The position numbers and the translations under genes are program-made. A model generated the notes under the pieces. That model made no database searches, was not told where the DNA came from, and was given only the letters and a program-made list of their open reading frames with translations. Positions 38,552-52,400 of a DNA stretch of 64,000 nucleotides are shown in pieces (position 1 is the stretch's first letter; each line of letters opens with the position of its first letter). Location: NCBI GenBank assembly GCA_016748015.1, contig JAAOMT010000128.1:131538-195537 (forward strand). The letters run 5' to 3'. This DNA is from Geosiphon pyriformis uo1 (Eukaryota > Fungi > Glomeromycota).

Positions 38552-39409
38552 TGTTACTCATAGAATATAGGAAATATATTAGCATATAAATTAGCCAATC
38601 AGAAGTAGCTGTAGTAGATGTGAAATTCCAGGATTCTTCTCAAAAGAAATTGCAGGATTCCAGGAATTTCAGGATTTTTATACAAAGAAATTGTAGGATT
38701 CTAGAATTCCAAGATTCCTCTTAAAAGAAATTGCAGGATTTCAGGAATTCCAGAATTCCTAGTATAAAGAATCAAGGAATTGAAGAATCTTAATTATGTA
38801 TATATAGCAATAGCATTAAAAGTAGAAAAGACAGACCTCCCAGTTTAGATTTAATCTAAGCAGCCTTCCACATTACAAATATCAAATAAATAATTATTCA
38901 TCATCTCAATTCACTTTTCATTATCAACACTTTATGTTGATAGTAATTCATGCTTAACCATATTAAAACAATAGCTCTTGATCACAGCTATTGACAGGAT
39001 ACTAATTTGCAAATGCCTTGGCTTAATTTTTTTTATCTTCTCTTTATTTTCTTTTATTTTTATTTTTTTTGTTTGGTTGTGTTTACTAATTGATTAAGGA
39101 TTAAGTACTGAATTATTGATGTTAAGAACTGTCTGGTAAAACACCTCTGCGAATGGGTAGAGCATATACAAGAATTATGGATTACTTACCAGAGAATTGC
39201 TGGCCACCAAGCCGAGAAAAAAATTAAGGGAATTGTGATTCCAAGAGGCTACTGAAAACAACTATTGAATCTCTGTCTATTATACAAAAAACTCTAACTC
39301 AAAACCTTCAGATCGCCAAAACTGTTAAAAACTATTATTAAGAGATCAATTGAGCACCAAGTTATGGGTTTGTTATTTGACTTGAGACCCCAAATAATTA
39401 TCTATAACA
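38552..39409 (+). repeat. 5' LTR of element C
   Basis: TGTTACTCA...TAACA; CCAAT, GGAATTCC/GGATTCC module array, TATATATA. Confidence 0.95.
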
Positions 39410-39411
39410 TT

Positions 39412-39428
39412 TGGTGCTCCCTGTGAGG
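39412..39428 (+). promoter_or_regulatory. PBS of element C (TGGTGCTCCCTGTGAGG)
   Basis: 2 nt after the LTR; same sequence as A. Confidence 0.85.
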
Positions 39429-42400
39429 TATAATCCTACAAAAAACCAGCACCAACAGCAATCATCCAAAAGTGGCAAAACCAAAAAACATAGGAGCAAA
39501 CCATTTAGGATTTGCCAAATCCTTGTTTCAACAGTACAGCTAACAATTAAGATTAAACAATAATCATTTCCCAGCAAAATCAGCCTTTAACTTCTATGTC
39601 AACAATAAAATCACAAACTGCTTAGGAAGAACAGTTAACATTGAATCAGCAAGAGAAAACTTTTATACAGAATTATTTTAACACACCAGCTTACTAAGAA
39701 ATCACAACTTTGCACCAATCATCAAAGAAATCAACCAAATCATTAAAAGATACACTCAACAACAATTCCCTATTACCTATGCAGACAAAGGCAAAGGAAA
39801 GTTACAAACACCAACAGTAATATCTAAAGAAATACAATTACCAACTTGGAAGAAAACAAGAATAGAATCACCAACAAATCTATTATACTACTATACACCA
39901 GGAAGCATCATTAACATCACATCAACAGGCACATCCACATCAACCATAACATCAACATTTGGACAATTCCTATTTTAGAGTAAACAAAGGAAAAAAGACC
40001 TTCTAGAACCATACGGCATGTATTTTGAAACATTTAAGTCACAATTGCCAATGCCATCAGAACTTTAATTCCCATCACCCCAACCAGATTTCAGAACCAC
40101 AAGTTCTTAAGAAATAATAAAATCGAAAGAAAAACAGGAAAAAGAGAAAGAAGAATCTGAAGATCAAGAATTTATTTACCAAAACCTGATTCCTGAAAAC
40201 CCAGAAGTTGAAACCCCAAATCTTTAAACTCAGCAAAATTTAAACTTGAAAAATCCAGAAATCAGAACTCCGAATATTCAAGCACCACCAAATCAGAACA
40301 ATCCAAACTCAAATTAATTAATCAGTAAAACTTATCTCTAGTAATTATCATTAATCAGCCACCAGTTAAACCAATTTAACAGCAACAAATACTACTACAG
40401 CAACTATTACAACAGCCACTTCAATTATCATAACAACCCAACTTAGATCCAATGGCATATGCATCAATTGTGAAACTTGAAAAATTTATTAGTGAAGAGG
40501 ATGACGCCCAAGTGTAACTAAATGATGTGGAAAAAGCCATCACAGCCAATGGATAGAACAATGTCAGAGCTATGCAAACCATCCCATACTTTCTCCAAGA
40601 TACTGCTAACTCATGGTATCAAAGCTTGATCAACAAGCCTGTTACTTTTAATGTATTCAAAACAGAATTTTTAAGATACTTTAGCAACAATAATAACATC
40701 AACCAATTAATCAATACTTTTACCACTATTAAACAAGGAGAAGCTGAAGCCATTACCATGTATCTAGGATGCTTCCACAGAAATCTGCACCAGATTCAGG
40801 CAATCTAAGCTGACTATTTTACAGCACCACAAATTTTGAATCAATTTATTAGAGGATTGCACAGTAGCATCTTCCAATGTGTACATTTATTACACTCAGC
40901 AAACCTTCAAGCTGCAGTCAACAATGCCAGAGACTTTGAAGCTGCTGAACTCAAAGCTAATCATGTTCAAGCCATTAATCTAGTGATGAATAGATTATCT
41001 GAATTGGATTCCAAATTAAAGCAATTCAGTGATTCAATCAATCAGAAATTAGAGAAATACTTAGCTAATAATCATGCAATTTATTAGCCACTACAATGAT
41101 GCAATAATTTAGGAAACACAACTTGTTTCCAAAATCAGTCGCATTCACTATCATCATCAAATCAGCCATGGCAGTCTGAGATGCGTGTCTGCCACAACTG
41201 TGGTAAACAAGGCCATATCCAAGTCAACTGCTATTCTTATAGCAACCCATAATTAGAAAATCAATACAGAAACTTCAATCGCAGATTTCAGACCCAAACT
41301 ATTACCCAAATCAAGATCAATATCAATCTACTTACCTGCCAATGATGCAGCAGCCAATCTATCAACCACCAATATATCAAGCTCCAATTTATTAGCCACA
41401 GCCACAAATAATATATCAACTATAGCCATCAGTAATTTATCAATTCCAACAAATTCAAACACCACCTCAAAACTTATTTCAAAATAGAACTCACAGGCTG
41501 AGAATGACACAACAAAGCTGGAGATTGGTGATGGTAGTTCACCAACCAATTTCCAGTTCATCCAACCAACCTTTAAGATTATGCCAGTAGAGTTCAGGAA
41601 CCGGGTATAACCAAAACCCAAGTTTCCAAAACTATTTAAGTTTTCTAGTTACCCCAGAAGACACCTCATCCAACAACTTGGAAACAAACCAGAAAAATCT
41701 TACCAGCAACATTCCATCAGCTACTGTCACCAACAATGAATCACTTGTAACTATCTTCTCATTCGAATTCGAAGAACTGTCATTCATGCCATTGTTTAAT
41801 GGAGCTGTGCTTGAAGAAAAACCAATTACCATCATGTATACTGATGCTAAAATTGATGGTCATTCCATCAAACTGATCTTAGACAGTAGATTAGCTGGCA
41901 GCATTATCACAAGACAGCTCATAGACCAATTAGGTTGCCAAGTTGATCGAGCTGTTAGTGCAAGAATAATTACAGCTTATGGAGCCACCAAGACTCTAAT
42001 TGGTAAAATAGATAACCTTTCCATAAAAATTGATAGCATCATAATACCAATCAAAGTTCTGGTAATAGAAGCCACTTAATATCAAGCTTTAGTTAGTAAT
42101 GACTGGCTATTCAAAACCAATGTGACACTTGACTGGACCACCCAAGAGCTGCAAATAAGTTAGAATGGCCAATACACATGAGTACCAGCAACATGTGGCC
42201 ACTTCAAACCCAGCAATGTCATGCCAACACTACTAATTAATGTTGAGAAAAAGAAACCGAAACCAACATGGGAAGCATATCAAGTCTCGTGGACCAACAA
42301 CAACCACAACAAACTGTCACTGATACTAACTTGGAATGAAAAAAGAAAGAGAAAACAAAAGGAAGAACTTACTTGGAATGCAAACCAAACCTGGGAAACT

Positions 42401-42897
42401 AACAACAGCTCAAACAAACTGCCAATCTGGGAATGGGAAGAAACCAACAAAAAAAAAGAAAAAAGAAAGAAAGAAGACCTACCTGAAGAAACCACCATCA
42501 CAGAAAAAATAACTAGTGGTTGGGAAAGAGAGTACTTATGGGAACCAATAAAAGAACTGCCATACATACCTCTCAAATGCAAAGACTGTGGGAAAAAACT
42601 TTCTTTTATGGGAGCTTGGGTAGCACCAGATGAAAACTACTGGACATGTATATATTATTACTGTAAACTGTGCTATAGAGAATAATATAGATACCCAAAA
42701 TGTTAAGGAAAGTGGGACAACAAACCATGTCTCGCTTGTGGCAAACAGTTGCTCAATAAAAGAATATAGAACAACATTTCTGAGTGAGAAAGAACATGCG
42801 ATGCTTTATGCCAATACACAATTCTTATTAATGACTGGGTGAGTTATGGAATGTCTATTACTGCAGCCTAACACTGAGCAATCAATCACTTAGATGG

Positions 42898-43738
42898 TAT
42901 TACAGTTCAAGAATTTAATAGGAATTATAAATAATATAAATTAGCCAATCATGAAATAGCACAGCAACAATTTAAAAAGAAATAATTTACAAATAACAAC
43001 AAGCATTATTTTACAATAGCAGCAAGCACTATCGTGCAATAGCAGCAAGCACTATTTTACAATAGCAGCAAGCACTATTGTGCGAAAACAGCAAGCACTA
43101 TTTAGAAATAACGAAAATAGAGTATTACAAAACATTATTTTGTAAAACAATAATTATATATATATACAATAGTTTTTAATAATGAAGAATAAAACAAGCT
43201 TCAACTAAAAGCAACAAATATCTAAATAAAATTTTATTCAAAAATAATTAATAAAAAAAATAATAAATTGAATAAACATTACAATTACAAGATTAACAAT
43301 AAAATTCACATATCTTTTCTAGTGAATAAAACTATTATTTCATCTCTGAACTCTTTAGAAGAATAATCTCTGATCAAGATTATTCATGTGGTTACTAATT
43401 AAATTGAAAAAGCTTTATTATATACTTAGGGAAATCGTGAAAAGACCATTAACATTCCATGTTTTTAGATTAGAGAAACACATCAGGCAATTGCAAGAAC
43501 AGCCTCAGAGAAAACCTTAAACAGCAGGTAGATTTCAGATTAGCTTCTGAGAAGAAATACACAACATATAAAGACAACTAGAATTAAAAAGAAGACTTAC
43601 ATCACAACATCAAGAGAAAACCTTTAGTACATCATTATTAATATCCAACACATAAAATCGAGGAACTCATGAAAGATTAATTGCAATTAAAATGGAAGAT
43701 CAACAATTAAAATATACCAAAAAAACACCTCCATAACA
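42898..43738 (+). mobile_element. Solo LTR of a third family, TSD ATGG
   Basis: TATTACAG...CCATAACA. ATGG at 42894-42897 and 43739-43742. Removing it restores LDGYPHDED, matching element A. Four ~23-bp AATAGCAGCAAGCACTAT repeats. Confidence 0.9.
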
Positions 43739-44309
43739 ATGGGTATCCACATGATGAGGATAAAATCTGGCATATGGCCAATGCCAAAGTTAAAAAAGTT
43801 ATGCCTAGTAAAATCTTAAAGATCAAAAACAACCCATCAGAATCAGTCAACATTGTTTTAATCTCCAATCCAAAAGCATTCTTAGATATTGAAACAAGTT
43901 CAGAAAAATTTCATGAACATTATCAAAACTTAGCACTCACTAGAGAGAAACAAGAACAATGGTTGAAAAAAATAAACACAAGACTATGTGACTACTGTTT
44001 GATCCCATGTGACTTCTAGTATTGTAATGAGTGTGATCTCATTTACAATCCACCAACATACATGATCTACACGATTCTGAAAAAGAAAAAACCAATCAAC
44101 AGCTGCACATCAGAATCTGAATTGATTTTTAATTCCAATTCAAACTTTGACAATGATAACGATGAAAACACTAGTTCCAGCTCTGCTTAATATAGCAACA
44201 ATTTTAATTCAAATTCAAACTCCAAACAATATATTGTGTTCCCTGATCTCACCAAGGAGCAAGAACTAAAATGGTTCAGTGATGATAATAAAAATATCAT
44301 GTCAGAATG

Positions 44310-44690
44310 TGCACATGATACTGATGCAGAATTTGATCTAAGATATTCAAGAAAGGATGTCATTAAATTGGAACCACATTTGCACACATGCATCGATTTC
44401 AAAGTAGTATTAGAAATACCAGCAACAACAATAATTCAACTAGCATCTAGGAGTAGCTTAGCAAAAAAGGGAATCAACATTAGAGGAGAAATAATTGATA
44501 CAAGATATGTAGGAAATATTATTGCAATGCTACAAAATAATTCTAAAAAAGCCTATATCATAGAGCCAAATAAAAAGATAACACAAGCAATATTCTTGTC
44601 TCTGGTGAGAATAGCTTAATTAATATTAGTAGGAAACAAAAAAAACTAGGGATAACAACAAGAGGGATACAGAGATTTAGATCAACAGAT
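44310..44690 (+). pseudogene. dUTPase domain inside pol of element C
   Basis: HDTDAEFDLRY, RSSLAKKG, GEIIDTRYVG, ITQAIF, RGIQRFRST. Confidence 0.88.
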
Positions 44691-47600
44691 AAAATAGATG
44701 TATCAGTTAATATAACAGAGGAAAAAATTGTTAACAAAGGAGAAATTATCTTAATCTGTCAAGCAATTTTCATTCTACTATATGACCAGTACATGTACAC
44801 TATAGATAGAAAAGTGAAAGATCAAGTGCAGATTTTTGAAGCTGAATCAACCATTTGTGAATCAGAAAAGATTGGACTTGTTAATCTCTACATACCAGCC
44901 AAGAACTATAATCACATCAAAATTCCTATCTACAACAACACAGGAAATATTGTAGAAATACCAGAAAGAACTATTATCAGATATTTAAGCACAAAAGTAG
45001 AAGACCAACCACCAAACTCCATTCCAGATTTTTTATGGCTTTGTGGATATGTTGATATTACATTACAAACAATTTATGGACGAAGTGAATGTTATTTGCT
45101 CCAACCAGAACAATTAGAACAAATGAACATGAGAAACTTAAATCCACTTCAACAAATGCAACTCAAGATATTACTCAACAACTTCAGTGACATTTTTGCC
45201 AGCAAAAACAAATTTGGCAGAATTGACATCATTTAACATTAAATCAAGACTGAAGATACAATGCCAATTAAACAAAGAGCATACAGAATACCACCAGTTA
45301 GCCATAAGATTATTCGGCAAGAAATCAATCAGATGCTTGACAATGGGCTAATTCAGCTATTAATGAGTCCATAATCATTACCAGTAATACTAGTCCATAA
45401 AAAAAACGGAAAAATCCATTTTTGTATAGATTACTGAAAACTAAATGGAGTAACAAAAGAAGACAATTACCCAACTCTAAAGATCCAAGAACTTTTTAAT
45501 GCTTTTGGAGGGAAAAAATGGTTTTCAATGTTAGACTTAGACAGTGGTTACTGGCAAGTAGCCATAAAACCAGAAGACAAAGAAAAAACGGCTTTCACAA
45601 CTCAGGAAAAAAATTTTGAATTTGAAGTAATGCCATTTGGATTGATGAATACACCAGCAACATTCCAACGGCTTATGGAAATCGTTTATACTGGACTACT
45701 GTAAAAATTCATAGTTGTTTACTTAGATAACACAAATGTGTTCTCCAAGACATTTGATGACTATTTACATCATCTTTAACAAGTGTTCAAAAGGTTAAAA
45801 AGAGCAGGATTGAAGTTAAATGCAACCAAATGTTTCTTTGGAAAAACAGAACTCAAGTTTTTAGGACATGTTATAAGCAAAGATGGTATCAAAATGGACC
45901 TAGACAAGATTGAAGTAGTTAAGAACTTTTCAATACCAATCAATTTGACAGAACTAAGAGCATTTTTGGGATTTGCTGGATATTATTGTTGCTTTATCAA
46001 GGACTTTTTTAAAATAGCCCAACCATTATACCAGCTTTAATCAAAGAGCACAAAGTATGAATGGACAGAAAACCAGCAAGAAGCTTTTGACACATTAAGA
46101 AGAAAGCTCATTCAAGCTCCAGTATTGATGTATCCAGATCACAGCAAACCATTCATTATTACTACCAATGCATCAGGCCAAGCATTAGGGGCAGTACTAT
46201 CACAGAAAGAACCAGATGGAAGAGAACATCTGGTAGCATATACCAATAGAAGCTTAAGTCCTGCTAAAAAAAACTATGGAACTCCAGGACAAGAACACTT
46301 AGCTATTTATTGGGCTGTCACCAAATGAAAAGAATATTTGAGCCAAAAGTTTGATGTTTATACTGACCACAAAGAATTGACTTCAATTCAGAAGCAAAAA
46401 TTTGGAAATGATTGTCATGCAAGATGGAAAATAGCACTATTACCATACACATTTACAGTACATTATAAAAAAGAAAAAGACAACGGAAATGCTGATGGAT
46501 TGTCACAAATGAAACAAATCTAAAAACATTCCAACCCAAAATATAACAAAAGATAAATATACAAAAATACCAACAACTTCAACATTATATAAATACTCAA
46601 TTGTTCAAAGAAAAATTATCTTAAAAGGAACAAAACAACATAAAACAGCAATCAAAATATTTTATCAACTACCAAAATATACTTTACCAGAAAAATAGAA
46701 AGAATTCAGATCAACCAATCAGAGTAATCACAGAACCAGAGAAAGAGACAATATTATTCAACATGCATTCAGATCCAATGACAGAATATTTTCATAAAAA
46801 AACAATTATAGAAAGAATCAGAAAAAGATACTATTGGTCATCAATGTATTCAGATATCATCCAATATGTTCAAAATTGTGATGCTTGTCAGAGAAAAGGA
46901 AGAACAAAACCCAGTGAACCATTAAGACCAATTAAAGTGGAACAACCATTTAACTGGATTGGAATTGATTTAGTTGGACCATTAACAATCACCAGCAGAT
47001 GCAACAGATATATTGTAGTAGTTATAGACTATCTTACAAAATGGCCAGAAGCAAAAGCCATTCAAAGAGCAGATATAGAATCTATTGCCAAATTCGTTTA
47101 TCAAGACTTAATCTGTTGATATGGATGTTCAAAAAAATTATTATTTGATCAAAGAACTCATTTTGTAAATAGAACACTAGCAAAATTAAGCCAAAGATTT
47201 GGAATAAAAAGACCATTATTATTACTATACTATCCACAAACAAATAGGTTAGTTGAAAGGTTCAACAAAACACTGTGTGAAACAATAGCCAAAATCAGCC
47301 AAGAAAACCAGGACAAATGGGATTTAATCATACTGTTGGTATTATTTGCATATCAAACAATAAAGCAAAACACTACACAAGCAACACCATTTAAATTAGT
47401 ATACAATAGAACAGCAACATTACCAGTTGAGATAAAAGTCAAGACATATTCAACAGAATTAATAACAGAAGAGAATTTTCAAAGAACATTGTTGAGAAAA
47501 ACATATGACTTAATGAAGACATTAGAAAACAAATAACAAAAAACAGCTGATAACATTCAACAGTCACAAGAAAAACAAAAGGAAAGACATAATAACCAAT

Positions 47601-47988
47601 TATTAGATAAACCAGTTGAATTCAAGATTGAAAACAAAGTACTTCTATATCGTACCAAAGCAGAAAAACAATGGAGTAGAAAATTTGACCCCAAATAAGA
47701 TAGACCATTTCACATAGAAGAAATTCTTGGAAATGAAGCTTATAAATTAAGATGAGATAACAAAATCTTAGCCAAAACAGCACATAGTGATTGATTGAAA
47801 CTATATTACCATATAGTGTTACCATTCACCAGTAATATTTTACAATTAGGAGTACAAAAAATACTAGTCCAACCAGATAAGATTCCATGAGATCTGAAAT
47901 CAATCATAATCATTGGACCAAATACATAAAATTGAACAATAAAAGAGTATATAAAAACATGGTAGACACGACAAAAGACTTCAAAAAA

Positions 47989-48618
47989 ATGGAAATCACT
48001 GACAATATTTACTTACTAGCACAACAATTCTTCCAACTAATCCAACAACAGAATATGGAAATTACTATCAATCAACAAACCATTTGATACCAAGATACTA
48101 GAAGGATACCCAAATACAAAAGTCAAAGGAAAACAGAAAACACTATTGACAAAATAGTTCTGAAAATAAAATTAGCAATAGAAAAACCAACAAGTATCAC
48201 CACATATCAAGAGTTGACCAAATAAACTTGAAAATAGTGGATACACAAATTTCTAAGGAACTTTTGTTACTTCCACTTGGAATAACACTTGAACATTTAG
48301 AACTTATACATGGATAAAACAAAATGATTATTCGATACAACAATACTGCAACAACTAGAACAATTTGTAGAAAAAAACAATTTAACTACACAAGCAAGAG
48401 TTATCTATTGGCTACATATGGGATTTCAAGACAGACCGGAAATCTTACTTAATCCAGAAATGGACTCCATCACAGTTAACCAAATGGGAAAAATAACCAA
48501 CACACAATTTGAAGAATTACAAAACAAGATAATTCAAGTAATTCTTGAAAAAGAAGTTCAAGAAATACTTAAAGACAGAGAATTAGAATTAGGAGATCTC
48601 AATAGAGCTCAATATTAA
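47989..48618 (+). pseudogene. ORF3 of element C (unknown ~209-aa protein), single frame with stops
   Basis: One frame from ATG 47989 to TAA 48618 at the PPT; TATATAAAA at about 47948; resembles ORF3 of B. Confidence 0.7.
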
Positions 48619-48631
48619 AAGAAGGGGATAA

Positions 48632-49485
48632 TATTACTCATAAAATATAGAAAATATATTAGCATATAAATTAGTCAATCAGAAGTAGCCATAGTAAATG
48701 TGGAATTCCAGGATTTTTCTCAAAAGGAATTGCAAGATTCCAAGAATTTCAGGATTTTCATACAAAGAAATTGCAGGATTCCAGAATTCCAGGATTCCTC
48801 TCAAAAGGAATTTTAGGATTCCAAGAATTCCAGGATTCCTGGTGTGAAGAATTAAAGAATTAAGGAATTTCAATTATGTATATATAGCAGTAGCATTAGA
48901 AGTAAAAAAGACAAATCTCCCAGTTTAGATTTGATCTAAGCAGTTTTCCATATTACAAATATCAAATAAATAATTATTCATCATCTCAATCCACTTTCCA
49001 CTATCAATACTTTATGTTAATAGTAATTTATCTTTAACCATATTGAAACAATAGCTCTTGATCACAGCTATTGATGGGATACTAATTTGCAAATGCCTTG
49101 GCTTAATTTTCTTTATCTTCTCTTTATTTTTTTTTATTTTTTTTTTCTTTGTTTGGTTGTGTTTACTAATTAATTAAGAATTAAGTGCTAAATTATTGAT
49201 GTCAAGAACTGCCTGGTAAAAGATCCCTACAAGTGAGTAGAGCACATACAAGAATTACAGATTACTTACCAGAGAATTGTTGGCTATTAAGCCAAGAAAA
49301 GAATTGATGGAATTGCGATTCCAAGAGACTACTGAAAACAACTATTGAATCTCTGTCTATTATACAAAGAACTCCAACTCAAAATCTTCAGATTGCCAAA
49401 ACTATTAGAAACTATTATCAAAAGATCAATTGAGCACCAAGTTACAGGTTATTTGACTTGAAATTCTAAATAATTATCTGTAACA
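48632..49485 (+). repeat. 3' LTR of element C
   Basis: Direct repeat of 38552-39409. Confidence 0.95.
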
Positions 49486-52400
49486 TCACTTCTAACTTTG
49501 AAACAATCAACTTATTAAAAATCACCACTTTCATAACAGTCTTATTATAAGTGGCCACACCCAAACTCTTATCTATTACTATATCCACCCCTTGATTCTG
49601 TGATAGAAGAGTCACTAATGACTAATATTTAAGACTAGATTGAGAAACTATTGGCTTAAGTACATTCAACTTCTTAGCCAACTTACCAACTTGTTTTGCA
49701 AAACTGGCAAAACTGTGCTCAAGAGTAGTAAACCTATTATTCATTTTATTAAATACAAGCAGAGAAGGCTTTATCTCCAAAGAGAAGCCAGAGTTAACTA
49801 AACCATTTCATGTAGGAAAAAAAGAAAAAAAAAATCCACCAACAATCTTGGCCCAAAAGACATCACCAAAAGAGACAGAGTAAGCAACAAAAGCTGAATG
49901 CTTGGCATAAATGGTGGCTAGTCTATTTTTATTAGCATCTGACAATATTTTGTGAATTGGATTACTAATAGACATTTTTTCACTAACAATACATCTCAAT
50001 AAAATATGACCCAACTTTTTACACTTGGCACATTTGGCAAAGTTCAAATATGTTCAATGAAGATTAGTGTTTCTTAACACTAGCATGGTTTTTATAACAA
50101 CATTTAAAGAAGCAGCAGAGTCAAAACAAACAACAACATATCTGAATCAAGTATATAAAACCAGATAACAATCAATAAAACATGTTTTACTATTAGCAGA
50201 TTCAATAAAATCTCAGATGTTATAAATATTTGTTTTTATTGGCAATATATAAAGTAGTGTCTTATGATTATCTCTAGAATTTCATGTTTTCTTGTCTTTA
50301 TTAGCCCTAGCTATATGAACTGTATCTTTTCCAATTAGAATAAATTATCTTGTTATAACCAAATTAGTATGATTTACCTTATTGAATTTAACCACTGTTT
50401 TTTGTTATAGTCTTACCAATTGTATCTTGATTGACTTAATAACTCCAAATTCGAATAATACAGTATATACAGCCTTAGCCAATGTTTTAATTGAATTTTT
50501 TTTCACAATTACAGCCTAATCTGAACACCTAGCAGATTTTTTGAGATCAATATTAACCAAGATTATTATCTTCTTTGCCAAATCAGAAATTTTAACCAAG
50601 CTAGATTTGGAAATGAATATTATTTTAATAATTCCAGCAAATTTTAAGAAAGTAGAGTCCTTTCTTCCAAAACCATTAATTTTCGAAAACAACTTTCTAA
50701 CCACTAGTTTTTCTTGAGAAAACTTTCCAATTATTTTATCCAAATCAATATCCAAAGCAAATAATTTTTTAATAGAAATATTGACTAAATTCTTTAAAAA
50801 AAGGGAAAGAGTTAGTGAAACATCTGACAGAATATTATTATTATTATTACCATCACTCAAAAAATTAATCTTTTCCAATGACTTCTTCAGAGTCTTTTTG
50901 GTCTTAATATATAAACTTTTAGGTGTTTGATCAGTATTTCTACTATCTAAAAAGGCTTTATTATTATAATCAAAACTGGTTTCTTTAATTAAACACTTTT
51001 TTTTTATGTCAATATTATTAGATTCAGTAGTATTATCAGCTTTTAACTTTTATAAGTGATCATCTAAACTCTTAGCAGAAACTTTTTTAGCCTTAATATT
51101 ATCTTCCAAGATACCATCTTTTCTTTTTTTTCTTGATAATACAGATTTAACATTCACAATATAACTAGATTTTATAATAAACTTCTTTAGAACAGCAATA
51201 CTAAGACCAATAGTAGTCTTATAATTAAGCAAAAACGATTTGAATTTATTATATTAAATGGTAAAAACTTCTTTCAAAATCTTTTTTAACTCTTTTTTAG
51301 GAATTTGGAATGAAAGAAAGAAGTTTTTATTATATTAAATAAATAAATTTTATTTGTTAAATTAATAAAAAAAAACAAAATAATAAAATTAATTTAATAT
51401 AAATATATATTTTTATATCCAAAAATTATATAAAAAACATTTTTTAAAACTTTTTAGTTTTAAAATACACTTAATATAATTGTAAAACATAAAATTTTTA
51501 TTAATTATACATATTTTTTTATTATATAAAATTAAAAAGATTATAAATTTAATATATTTATTAATAATGTATAAAAAAATGTTTAATTCTAATTTTTAAA
51601 TATTTATATTTGTTTATTAATATTAGTTTTTATTATATATACTAAATTTTTCTTAATTAAAACAAATTATTTAAATATTATTAATTTAATAATTATATAA
51701 TTAATAAATTTTATTACAGTTTTTTGTTTTGAATAAATAAATTATAATTTAATTAATATTATTTTATTAAATTTAATTTAAATATAAATATAAACTAAAT
51801 AATTTTTTAAAATTTTAAGAAAATAGAAATTTTTTTAAAACTATTAACTTTTACTATTTTTTTTATTAATAAAATATATTAAAACTATTATTTATTATTA
51901 TTATTATTATTTTACAAATAAGGCCCAAATATTACTTAGCACAATATATTAAACTAAGTAATCTAAACTAAACACAAATCATATATTTTCTACATATAAT
52001 TAATCATTTAAACCAATTAGAGCAACGCTATAAATCTATTTTAACAGAAACCATATAATTAATATTAGAAAAAAAACTGCAAAGCTTACAAAAACCAAAA
52101 CTAATATTATAAGTCTTTACAATTTTAAACAACTTAAAAACACTATCAAAAAGCAAAAATACAGGACCACAAATCTTAGAAAGCACAGACTTATCATGTA
52201 CAATTAAACTTTTTTTTCCATCAATGCTCTATATTTAATTTTTACCAATTATATATCAATCTGATGAGTTATTTCTAACTCTTATACCAATTCAATGACT
52301 TTTTTGCTAATAATCTTGGCACAGTCAAAAACAAAAACAGCTTTTAAATACCATTTCTTAAACACAAAACCTTTGTACAATATAGTATATATAGTATTGT

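Larger units (their letters stand above)
39430..47830 (+). pseudogene. gag-pol of element C, degenerate, interrupted by a solo LTR
   Basis: ORF fragments 40572-41087 (capsid), 41678-42079 (PR), 42221-42685 and 43774-44019 (Cys-rich), 44236-44619 (dUTPase), 45783-46523 (RT/RH), 46763-47536 (IN). Confidence 0.93.
38552..49485 (+). mobile_element. Full-length Ty3/Gypsy element C (same family as A), TSD TTAC/TCAC
   Basis: LTRs 38552-39409 and 48632-49485; PBS 39412-39428; PPT AAAAGAAGGGGATAA at about 48617-48631; gag with CHNCGKQGHIQVNC, PR, dUTPase, RT, RH, IN. Confidence 0.96.
37150..51325 (-). mobile_element. LINE 3 (5' UTR, ORF1, APE and linker), interrupted by Gypsy C
   Basis: ORF1 pieces at 49486-51240 (CAKCKKLGHILLRC). 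ORF2 start near 38459. APE 37700-38450. 5' end matches LINE 1 at 21120-21190. Confidence 0.85.

Noticed and set aside
38620-38790. Heat-shock elements or a CRISPR-like array in the LTR
   Set aside because: Spacing is mostly not nGAAn-periodic and there are no unique spacers; it is a U3 tandem array altered by hypermutation.
39352-39428. Tf1-style self-priming
   Set aside because: The complementary arm is in U5, about 550 nt downstream of the TATA rather than at the transcript 5' end, and a 17-nt tRNA-type PBS is present.
47989-48618. env gene
   Set aside because: Too short; no signal peptide, TM helix or furin-site pattern.
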